A DNA stretch of 47,013 nucleotides from Arthrobacter sp. (GTDB lineage Bacteria > Actinomycetota > Actinomycetes > Actinomycetales > Micrococcaceae), in the NCBI GenBank assembly GCA_035692345.1, contig DASSIA010000078.1, forward strand, positions 1 to 47,013, read 5' to 3'. Made by a program: the position numbers and the translations under genes. The notes under the pieces are model-generated. The model was not told the origin of the DNA. It saw nothing but the letters and a program-made list of their open reading frames with translations, and ran no database searches. Positions 1 to 8,095 of the stretch are shown here, one piece after another. Each line of letters starts with the position of its first letter. Within the stretch, counting starts at the first letter, position 1.

Positions 1-1383
1 ATTGTTGAGCAGGAAACCGCGGCCGGGCACCACCATGCCGGACCCGCCCGTCTGCTCGATCGTGAGCGTGTATTCCACCACGTTGCCCCACTTGTCCGCG
101 ACCGTGAGGTTCGTTGTCGAGATGTTCTCGGTGTCCTTCTCATCGGCGGGCGCCGCGGCGGCAGCGGGGCACGCGCCGTCGTACGCGGACACATCCCCGG
201 GCGCGACCGGCTTTGTTGCGGCGTGCAGCGGGTCGATCAGGCACGCGCGTTCCTTGCCGAACACCGGGTCAGTGAGCGCCGCCGTGGGGACACTGGCAAA
301 CGCGGGGTCCCCCACGTACTTGCCACGGTCCGCGAAGGCGAGCGCGCTCGCTTCAAGGTAATGGTGCAGTGCGCCCGCGGTAGACATCCCGGAGAGGTTG
401 AAAGTGTCGAGGATGTTCAGGGATTCGCCGACCGTGGTGCCGCCGCTGCTGGACGGCGCCATGCCGTACACATCCAGTCCCCGATAATCCACCGTCGTGG
501 GCGCCTGGTCGATGGCACGGTATGAGGCGAGGTCCGCCGTCGTCATGTGGCCGGCGGGGACGGGCAACGTGGTGGTATCGGTCTTCGGCGGGGCCTGCAC
601 CGTGGCGGCGATCTCCGCGGCAAGCGGGCCGCTGTAGAAGCCGCTGGTGCCTTGCTTCGCCAGGAGCCGGTAGGTGGCGGCAAGGTCATGGTTCTGGAAT
701 ACGCTGCCGACGGCGGGTGCGTCACCACCGGGAAGGTAAAGGCTGCTCGTGGAAGGGAAAGCTTCGAAACGGAGTTTGTTGTCCAGGGTCTGCTGTCGGA
801 ACGTCTTGTCGACGACGAAGCCGCGGTCCGCGACCTTGATGGCAGGTTTGAGGGCATCGCCCAGGCCCAAGGTACCCCAACGTTCGAGGGCGCGCTCCCA
901 CGTGGCCGCCGTACCCGGGACGCCAACGGAGACGCCGCTGGTGACAAGTTCGGGCGTGAAGCGGTAGGGACTGCCTGCCGGGTTCGCGGGGGTTTTGGTG
1001 GCAGGGTCGATGAACGCATCATGCGGCATGGCGGCCGGGGCGGTTTCACGGCCGTCGATGGTACCCACGCGGCCGGTCTTCGCGTCGTAGAACACGAAGT
1101 ATCCGCCCCCGCCGATCCCTGCACTGTACGGTTCGGTCACGCCCAGGGTCGCGGCCGCGGCGACGGCGGCATCCGCTGCGTTGCCACCCTTGCGCAGGAC
1201 CTCGATCGCGGCAGCGGACGCGTCCGGGTCCACGGTGCTCACAGCTCCGCCGTACCCGGTCGCCGTCGGGGTCTTGTCTGTCTCCCGGGGGTCGGCGAAG
1301 GCGGGACTGATGACTGCGCCACCCGTCACGCTCAAGGCCAGGACAGCCGTTAAGGCAGCAAATTGACGTCTCACACTAGGCAT
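1..1383 (-). CDS. ggt: Gamma-glutamyltransferase, secreted (3' end runs off the window)
   Basis: Manual minus-strand translation from ATG 1383 with GGAG RBS. Signal peptide MPSVRRQFAALTAVLALSV; motifs VLRKGGNAADAAVA, GIGGGG, IDGRETAP, VGVPGT, MAPSSSGG, FADRGKYVGDP; nucleophile segment STTNLTVAD; GFLLNN at the edge. Not in the ORF track because the stop lies outside the window. Confidence 0.93.
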   Translation of the reverse strand, partial: MPSVRRQFAALTAVLALSVTGGAVISPAFADPRETDKTPTATGYGGAVSTVDPDASAAAIEVLRKGGNAADAAVAAAATLGVTEPYSAGIGGGGYFVFYDAKTGRVGTIDGRETAPAAMPHDAFIDPATKTPANPAGSPYRFTPELVTSGVSVGVPGTAATWERALERWGTLGLGDALKPAIKVADRGFVVDKTFRQQTLDNKLRFEAFPSTSSLYLPGGDAPAVGSVFQNHDLAATYRLLAKQGTSGFYSGPLAAEIAATVQAPPKTDTTTLPVPAGHMTTADLASYRAIDQAPTTVDYRGLDVYGMAPSSSGGTTVGESLNILDTFNLSGMSTAGALHHYLEASALAFADRGKYVGDPAFASVPTAALTDPVFGKERACLIDPLHAATKPVAPGDVSAYDGACPAAAAAPADEKDTENISTTNLTVADKWGNVVEYTLTIEQTGGSGMVVPGRGFLLNN

Positions 1384-1478
1384 GGTGGCTCCTGAGGCAG
1401 GGTGTTGCGAAGGGTGGTTTGCGCCACACTACTCCGCAGGGTTGTGACTCTCAAGGAAGGAAGCGCGCTCCCGCGACC

Positions 1479-2735
1479 TCAGACCGGCGCGTCCGTCGCC
1501 GCCGTTGCTGTATCGGCAGGTGAGCGCTGGTGGCGGCTGGCCAGCAGGAACGGTATTGCGAAGAGTTGGATCACGCCGCTGATGGCGAGCGACAGGGGGT
1601 AGCCATACACATCCGCTGCCCGGCCCAGGAGCGGCTGCACCACAATGCCGCCGCTGGATCCCATCAGTGAATCGAAACTGAGCACCGTTGCCCTCTGCTT
1701 TGAGGCGATCATGTCGTTCAAATATGCCTGCCTCACCGGGGTGCCCGCCGCGGAGACCAAAGCCCAGAGCACCAGCAGCAGCAAGGCCACCCAAAACACG
1801 CGCGTGAAGCCCAGCGCCACCAGGATCAGGGCACCCACGCTGCCGGCAACGATCAGCACCGTGGTGCGTTTGCGGACCAGGCGCCGGAGCGTTGGTGCCA
1901 GCCAGCCACCCACCACCTGGGCGCCGGCCACGATGCCCGCCGCCAGTCCGGCAATGGAGTAGGCGTGCGGGTCTCCGAAGAGTTCCAGCAGGTAGGGCTG
2001 CAGCGCGTAGAAGACATAGATTCCGACGCCGGCACTGAACGGCGCGGCAAGCATCATGTACCGCACGGGCGGGTTCTTCAGGCCGTTGTCATTCGAGGCG
2101 GACAGCACCGCCCTGGTGGCCTGAAGCGGATGCGGGGAGCGTTCCGGAGTGAACCCCACATCGTGCATCAGCCAAAAGGCCACAACGAACAACGCCAGGA
2201 GGACTCCCACCCGCACCAGGAACGGCACCCCAAGGTTTGTGGCCTGGGCGATCACCCCGCCTGCCGATGAGCCCACCAGCATCGCGACGCCGTCGATCAT
2301 CTGCCCCCGCCCGAAGACTGTCTCCAGGGCACCGTCATAGCCGGAGAAGCGCAAGGCGTCCACCAGCCAGGCCTCCACCGCCCCGGAGAAGAACGTGAAG
2401 CCAAGGCCCAACAAAACCGACACCACGGCCCAGGACCAGAAAGGCGCGGATAACTGCCACAGCACGTAGTACAGATATGTCGAGGCGGCCAGGGTGACCG
2501 TTCCCAGCAGGAAGGAAGTGCGGCGCCCCCAGCCATCGGCAACGACCCCTGTCGGTATTTCGAAGAGCACCATGCCCGCCGTGAAGAACGCGTTGGCCGC
2601 GAATGCTTCAAGGTTGCTCAACCCTGCATCCAGCAGGAACAGCGTATTGATGCCCCAGATAAAAGAGGCCGCAAGCGTATTGCCCAGCGTCAGGGTGAGG
2701 TAGATGCGTTGGATCTTCCGCGCGGCCGGGTTCAT
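1479..2735 (-). CDS. MFS transporter
   Basis: About 12 hydrophobic segments; MFS motif A-like GVVADGWGRR; start taken at ATG 2735 (MNPAARK), 10 nt downstream of the EF-G2 stop. Confidence 0.9.
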   Translation of the reverse strand: MNPAARKIQRIYLTLTLGNTLAASFIWGINTLFLLDAGLSNLEAFAANAFFTAGMVLFEIPTGVVADGWGRRTSFLLGTVTLAASTYLYYVLWQLSAPFWSWAVVSVLLGLGFTFFSGAVEAWLVDALRFSGYDGALETVFGRGQMIDGVAMLVGSSAGGVIAQATNLGVPFLVRVGVLLALFVVAFWLMHDVGFTPERSPHPLQATRAVLSASNDNGLKNPPVRYMMLAAPFSAGVGIYVFYALQPYLLELFGDPHAYSIAGLAAGIVAGAQVVGGWLAPTLRRLVRKRTTVLIVAGSVGALILVALGFTRVFWVALLLLVLWALVSAAGTPVRQAYLNDMIASKQRATVLSFDSLMGSSGGIVVQPLLGRAADVYGYPLSLAISGVIQLFAIPFLLASRHQRSPADTATAATDAPV

Positions 2736-2745
2736 GATGTGGCGT

Positions 2746-4905
2746 TCATGAGTTGCCGGGCACCGGGTCATGCCGAAGGTACCGGCGGCGGAACCGGCCC
2801 GTACCCGCAGTCAGCGCCCGAAGCTCCACGGCGTACTTCAGCAGTTCCTGGTCCGGGACTTCCGCACTGATTTCGGTCAGCTCGCCGCCGGAGGAGACCG
2901 TACCGGTCAGCCTGCCGCGACGTGCCGAGAGATCAGTCATAACGGCACCCACGTGCTCCTCCGCCACAGTGATGCTGACCGAGGAAACGGGCTCAAGCAG
3001 TTGGATGCGTCCTGCCGCGGCCGCTTCCCGGAGCGCCAGTGCACCTGCCGCCTGGAAGGCAGCATCGGACGAGTCAACGCTGTGGGCCTTGCCGCCCACC
3101 AGCGTCACCCGCAGATCCACCACCGGGAATCCGGCAGCCAACCCCTTTTGCATCTGCGCCCGCACCCCCTTCTCCACCGAGGAAATAAAGGTCCCGGGGA
3201 TCACGCCGCCAACGGTCTTGTCCACGAATTCGAACCCGCCGCCGCGGTCCAGCGGCTCGACGTCGATGTCGCAGACGGCATATTGCCCGTGGCCGCCGGA
3301 CTGTTTGACGTGCCGGCCGTGGCCTGCTGCCGGGGCGGCAAACGTTTCCCGCAGCGGCGTGACCACGCCAGTGGTGTGCAGCTTCACGCCCTGGTCGCGC
3401 AACCTGTCCAGCACCACCTCGGCGTGGGCCTCCCCCATGCACCAGAGGACCAGTTGGTGTGTTTCCGCATTCCGCTCCACCCGCAGCGTGGGATCGCCGG
3501 CCGCGACTTTCGCCAGGCTCCGGGCCAGCGCATCCTCGTCGCTGCGGGAGTCCGCCTCGACGGCCACCGGCATCAGCGGCTCCGGCATCTCCCAGGTGGC
3601 CAGCAGCAGCGGCTGGTCCCTGCCCGAGACGGTGTCCCCGGTTTCGGCGCTTCCCAGTTTCGCTATGGCGCAGATGTCACCGGCCACGCATTGTGCCACG
3701 GGTCGCAGGGTGGCGCCCAGCGGCGAATACAGGTGGGTGAGGCGTTCGTCGGTGTCATGGTCCTGATGGCCGCGGTCCCCAAGACCGTGTCCGCCGACGT
3801 GCACGGGCGTATCTTCCCTCAAAGTGCCCGAAAAGACCCTTGTCAGGCAGACCCTGCCCAGGAACGGATCAATGGTGGTACGGACCACCTCAGCTGCCAG
3901 TGGTCCCCCCGGGTCACAGGCCAGGGGCGACGCCGGAGCGCCCGCCAGGTCAGTCACGTCCGGGAGGCCGCACTCCACTGGCGACGGGAAGCCCCGGGTC
4001 AGGAGTTCCATCAGTTCCGCCGTGCCGAGCCCGGTGACAGCGGACGTGGGAAGGACCGGGAAAAAGGAACCACGGGCGACGGCGGTTTCCAGGTCCGCGA
4101 CGAGGACATCGGTATCGATGTCCTCGCCACCCAGATAGCGGTCCATCAGGGTCTCGTCCTCGCTTTCCGCGATGATCCCCTCGATGAGCTGGCCCCGCGC
4201 GGCTTCTGACCCCGAGCGCTCGCCAGGGTCAGCGTCGCGGGTGCTGGCCCGGGGCTCCCCGGCGGAGTAGTCCGAGACCGTGCCCGTCAACAGTCCGAGC
4301 AGTCCCGTCGTTTCGCCACCGGTCCGGACCGGGACATAGAGCGGCAAAACGGAGTCGCCGAACGCCTGGCGGCAGGCGGCAAGGGCGCCGTCGTAATCTG
4401 CCCGCGGGTGGTCTACCCGGGTGATGACCACAGCCCGCGGCGTGCCCAGTCGTTCGCACTCACCCCAGAGCGCTGTGGTGGTGGCGTCGATTCCGTCAAC
4501 GGCGGAGACGACAAACAGGGCAGCGTCCGCAGCACGTATGCCCGCCCGGAGTTCACCGATATAGTCCGGATATCCCGGCGTATCCAGCAGGTTTACTTTG
4601 ATGCCATTGATCAGCAGCGGCACCAGGGACAGCGTGACCGAGCGCTGCTGCCGCACTGCCGACGGGTCGGAATCGCCAACGGTTGTACCCTCCGCAATGG
4701 AGCCTTTGCGTGAAATCATGCCGAGGGCCGACAGTAAGGCTTCGATCAGCAGGGTCTTTCCTGCACCCGAATGCCCCACGAGCGCCACGTTGCGCACCTG
4801 TTCCGGGGCTGCCGCCGCGATGCCGCCCGGAGCATCAGCACGGCGAATTTCCGGCCCTGCGCGGCCCGGAGTCCGTACAGCATCCTTGGCGCCTTTCACT
4901 GTCAT
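2746..4905 (-). CDS. fusA2: Elongation factor G paralogue (EF-G2-like)
   Basis: RNVALVGHSGAGKT, LLDTPGY, MGEAHAEV, HVKQSGGHGQY, HSVDSSD, LLEPV, DLSARRG; AGGAGG RBS upstream of ATG 4905. Confidence 0.92.
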   Translation of the reverse strand: MTVKGAKDAVRTPGRAGPEIRRADAPGGIAAAAPEQVRNVALVGHSGAGKTLLIEALLSALGMISRKGSIAEGTTVGDSDPSAVRQQRSVTLSLVPLLINGIKVNLLDTPGYPDYIGELRAGIRAADAALFVVSAVDGIDATTTALWGECERLGTPRAVVITRVDHPRADYDGALAACRQAFGDSVLPLYVPVRTGGETTGLLGLLTGTVSDYSAGEPRASTRDADPGERSGSEAARGQLIEGIIAESEDETLMDRYLGGEDIDTDVLVADLETAVARGSFFPVLPTSAVTGLGTAELMELLTRGFPSPVECGLPDVTDLAGAPASPLACDPGGPLAAEVVRTTIDPFLGRVCLTRVFSGTLREDTPVHVGGHGLGDRGHQDHDTDERLTHLYSPLGATLRPVAQCVAGDICAIAKLGSAETGDTVSGRDQPLLLATWEMPEPLMPVAVEADSRSDEDALARSLAKVAAGDPTLRVERNAETHQLVLWCMGEAHAEVVLDRLRDQGVKLHTTGVVTPLRETFAAPAAGHGRHVKQSGGHGQYAVCDIDVEPLDRGGGFEFVDKTVGGVIPGTFISSVEKGVRAQMQKGLAAGFPVVDLRVTLVGGKAHSVDSSDAAFQAAGALALREAAAAGRIQLLEPVSSVSITVAEEHVGAVMTDLSARRGRLTGTVSSGGELTEISAEVPDQELLKYAVELRALTAGTGRFRRRYLRHDPVPGNS

Positions 4906-5066
4906 GGGAACCTCCTGGCGTCTTTGCCATGCACCGGGCCTACACGTGTTCTTTGATTCGACACCCTGGCGGGCCCAAGGGCAAGAGCGCCCACGGGGAC
5001 GGGGTGGCCGTGGCGGAGGATAATTGCAGCCAAAGCCCACAGTCCGCACCAGTGCAAAGGGTCCGC

Positions 5067-5648
5067 ATGCAACCGGTTCCGCGCATCACAGTAGAGGTTC
5101 CCGTGCTTGGAGTGGGCTCGGGACCCGCCGACTATGAGGCGCTGGGCACCTATGTCAACGCCCTGCGCAGGCCACAGGGGCTGCATCTGACCCTGCTGCA
5201 CATCGGCATCCTTGCGGATTTTGGGCAGGATGTCATGGACTGGACCAAGGGCATCACCCTGGATGATGACGCCGTCCACCACACCACCGACTGGTTGCAG
5301 GGCCTGCCCGAACTGGACGGGTTTACAGGAACCTCAGGACAACTGATCGTGCTGGGCGGCGGAAGCATCTCCGGGCTCGAAGTGGACGTGCCACCGCGGG
5401 TCCACGAGTACCGGGTGTCCCTGGTTCAGGGCCTGCATGATCTCCTGGACCGGCTCCTCGTGGACAATGTGGACGACTTCATCCTGAGCTCGCCGGCGCT
5501 GGGCTACCGGTACCCGCACTGGGTCCCCCACGTAGCCGTCGGCCGTCCCATTGCCCGGGAACGCGGTCCATGGACTCTTGCCCCGCTCACCGTCAGCTTT
5601 GGCCCGTCGCGGATCAGGAACGGCCGGTTCCTGGTCCCACGGTCCTAA
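5067..5648 (+). CDS. 2H phosphoesterase (2'-5' RNA ligase superfamily)
   Basis: Two His motifs about 110 aa apart: LHLTL and WVPHVAV. Start position uncertain. Confidence 0.65.
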   Translation: MQPVPRITVEVPVLGVGSGPADYEALGTYVNALRRPQGLHLTLLHIGILADFGQDVMDWTKGITLDDDAVHHTTDWLQGLPELDGFTGTSGQLIVLGGGSISGLEVDVPPRVHEYRVSLVQGLHDLLDRLLVDNVDDFILSSPALGYRYPHWVPHVAVGRPIARERGPWTLAPLTVSFGPSRIRNGRFLVPRS

Positions 5649-6577
5649 TACCGGTCGAGCGCGTCGAGCAGCCGCTTGACCGAGCTTCCAAGGTTCCATT
5701 CGACGGCGAGGTGTTCCAGGTCGGCGCGCGGCCCGCCGACGACCGGCTGCAGGCGGGCTCCGGCCGCCTCAAGGGTGGGCAGTTCGAGGTTGCGTACGAG
5801 CTTCACCACCGTGGGCGCCACCGTGAGATAGTCCGCGGCCGCGGCGAGCTTTGACCGCACGGACGCGGACACCCCGTCTCCCCCATCGGCCGCCGCCAGC
5901 AGATTGTCGAGCGTGCCGTATTCGCCCAAGAGCGACGCGGCGGTCTTCTCACCGATGCCGGCCACTCCTGGCAGCCCGTCGGAGGCGTCCCCGCGAAGTG
6001 TCGCGTAGTCTGCGTACTGGTCCGGGAGCACGCGGTACTTCCCGACGACGACGGCGTCCGTCACGACTTCGAGGTTCCGCATGCCCCGCGCGGTGTAGAT
6101 CACCCGCACCTGGCGGCCGTCGTTGACCACCTGGAAAAGGTCACGATCGCCTGTGACCACGTCGACGGGAACGTCCGCGTGGCTGGCATAGGTGCCGATG
6201 ACGTCGTCGGCCTCGTGTTCAGCAGCACCGACGACGGCGATGCCTGCGAGGTTGAGCACGTGCCGGATCATCGGGATCTGGGCTTCGAGGGCGTCCGGGA
6301 CGACCTCAACGTCGGGGGCATGCGACACAATTTCCGCGACCCGGTGCGACTTGTAGGTCGGGATCAGCTCCACCCGCCAGTGCGGACGCCAGTCGTCGTC
6401 CCAGCATGCCACCAGATGGGTGGCGCCGTAGTCTGTGGTGAGCCGCGCGATCATGTCCAGGAGGCCGCGGACGGCGTTTACCGGCGTTCCGTCAGGGCGC
6501 CGGATGGTGTCCGGCAGGCCATAAAAAGCGCGGAAGTACAGGGACGCAGTATCAAGCAGCATCAGGCGGTGTGGCAT
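5645..6577 (-). CDS. Standalone 5'-3' exonuclease (Pol I N-terminal/FEN-like)
   Basis: LLDTASLYFRAFY, NAVRG, YKSHR, EADDVIGT, TGDRDLFQ, LRGDASDGLPGVAGIGEKTA. Confidence 0.93.
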   Translation of the reverse strand: MPHRLMLLDTASLYFRAFYGLPDTIRRPDGTPVNAVRGLLDMIARLTTDYGATHLVACWDDDWRPHWRVELIPTYKSHRVAEIVSHAPDVEVVPDALEAQIPMIRHVLNLAGIAVVGAAEHEADDVIGTYASHADVPVDVVTGDRDLFQVVNDGRQVRVIYTARGMRNLEVVTDAVVVGKYRVLPDQYADYATLRGDASDGLPGVAGIGEKTAASLLGEYGTLDNLLAAADGGDGVSASVRSKLAAAADYLTVAPTVVKLVRNLELPTLEAAGARLQPVVGGPRADLEHLAVEWNLGSSVKRLLDALDRY

Positions 6578-6777
6578 ACCTGATCCTGACACGGAACCCC
6601 GCTGCGGACCATCCGCACCCCCGCGGTCCTGTCCGGCAGGCACTGGCAATGCACGCTGCGGCGATATTTCGTAAATACTCTGCAAAAATTCGAAGCCAAG
6701 GGCGCGTCCGGGGGTTAGGATGCCTACAACGGTTCAAGAAGTGCGACCAAGCCAGCCCTGATTGGGAGGTTCAGACC

Positions 6778-6957
6778 TTGCCTCAAGATGCCCCTGTTGA
6801 TCCGTCATCCCCTGCGCCTGCAAAAAAGGCCAATGTCCGGCCGGCCTCCCCACATCATGATGGTCACACCGCCCAGGAACACCCCTCGTGGCCGGCCAAT
6901 CGCACGGCCGCCCCTAACCCGTACGGCTTTAATCCGGAGCACTGGCCGGACTCCTGA
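6778..6957 (+). CDS. Small hypothetical protein (59 aa, Pro/His-rich)
   Basis: GGGAGG RBS about 8 nt before TTG 6778; fills an otherwise empty intergenic gap; ends ...NPYGFNPEHWPDS. Confidence 0.5.
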   Translation: MPQDAPVDPSSPAPAKKANVRPASPHHDGHTAQEHPSWPANRTAAPNPYGFNPEHWPDS

Positions 6958-7016
6958 ACCGGCTCCCGTCCTGCGGACGTCCGGAACCCGCCGGCCGTCG
7001 AGGCAGAATAGACAGT

Positions 7017-7601
7017 ATGACCCTCACGACCTTCGCCCTCATCCGGCATGGCCAGACAGACTGGAATGCGCAGCGGCGGCTGCAGGGAGCCACTGACATT
7101 CCACTGAACGACGTCGGGCGCGGCCAGGCGCGCGACGCCGTCGCCGTCCTGTCCGGTTACGAATGGGACGCGATCGTGTCCTCACCGCTGAGCCGTGCCG
7201 CGGAAACGGCCACCCTGATTGCCGACGGACTGGGGTTGGGCGTCACCCGGCACGTGCCTGACCTCACTGAACGCAGCTTCGGACCCGCAGAAGGCCTGCA
7301 GGCCGGCCCTGCGTTGGAGGCCCTGCGCATCCCCGGTGGTTACCGCGGTGCCGAAAGCGAAGACGCGGCAGCCAAGCGGGGTTTGGGCGCGCTGGAGGCA
7401 CTGGCGGAAGAATTCCCCGGCGGCCGGGTCCTGGTGGTGGCGCACGGCACGCTTCTCCGGGTCAGCCTCAGCCGCGCCATCGGCCGTACGTTGCACAGCA
7501 TCGACAACGCTGTCCTGAACCTGGCCCACCGTCATGCGGTTGACGGCTGGGAGCTCGAATACTTCAACGGCGAACGCGTCGTGGCTGCCGTCCCGGGCTG
7601 A
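7017..7601 (+). CDS. Histidine phosphatase (phosphoglycerate mutase family)
   Basis: LIRHGQTDWN, SSPLSRA, ERSFG, VVAHG. Confidence 0.93.
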   Translation: MTLTTFALIRHGQTDWNAQRRLQGATDIPLNDVGRGQARDAVAVLSGYEWDAIVSSPLSRAAETATLIADGLGLGVTRHVPDLTERSFGPAEGLQAGPALEALRIPGGYRGAESEDAAAKRGLGALEALAEEFPGGRVLVVAHGTLLRVSLSRAIGRTLHSIDNAVLNLAHRHAVDGWELEYFNGERVVAAVPG

Positions 7602-7606
7602 TAACC

Positions 7607-7912
7607 CTAGGCGTCCGCCGTGACCTCGAAAGTCTGGATGGTCCTGCGCTCCAGCCGGGGAATGATCTGCGACGCGCCGATCCGCCCAATATGCTCATAT
7701 TCACGGTGGGCGGCAAAGCCGGCGGCATCGCGGTACCGCTCCAGGATGACGATCTGCGCGGGGTCCTCTGCGCCCTGGAAGAACTCGTACGAGAGATTTG
7801 CTTCCTCGGCGCGGGTTGCCGCTGCCATTTCGCCCAGCAGCCGCAGAACGGTGTCGGTTTCTTCAGGTTTCACCTGGTAGCGGACGACCACTTGGAAGTA
7901 TGTCTCTGACAT
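7607..7912 (-). CDS. Antibiotic biosynthesis monooxygenase / putative quinol monooxygenase
   Basis: About 100 aa; TRAEEANLSYE, ILERYRD, FAAHR pattern. Confidence 0.85.
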   Translation of the reverse strand: MSETYFQVVVRYQVKPEETDTVLRLLGEMAAATRAEEANLSYEFFQGAEDPAQIVILERYRDAAGFAAHREYEHIGRIGASQIIPRLERRTIQTFEVTADA

Positions 7913-8095
7913 GTCGGCATTCCTTGCTCTGGAAAGTATCGGGCTGCCACAACTCTATTCCTTGCGCCGGTTCCGGTGTCCATGGGGGAAGGTGTTCACC
8001 GGCGCCGCTGACAGCCCTGCACCCGAACGGACTCGTACGAGCCGATCAGTGCGTGCTGTTCAGCGCGGCCTTGAACGGTCCCCCTTGACCGCCGA

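Noticed and set aside
547-1353. 268-aa plus-strand ORF, and ORF 543-1124 on minus
   Set aside because: Shadow frames of ggt, which occupies the minus strand with clear family motifs.
4977-4992. Possible regulon box upstream of EF-G2 (minus GGGCGCTCTTGCCCTT)
   Set aside because: Several core mismatches and no NANNNT hexamer at the +22 position.
6780-7016. Possible riboswitch or leader upstream of the histidine phosphatase
   Set aside because: No recognisable cobalamin, TPP, FMN or SAM consensus; the region is better explained by a small ORF.
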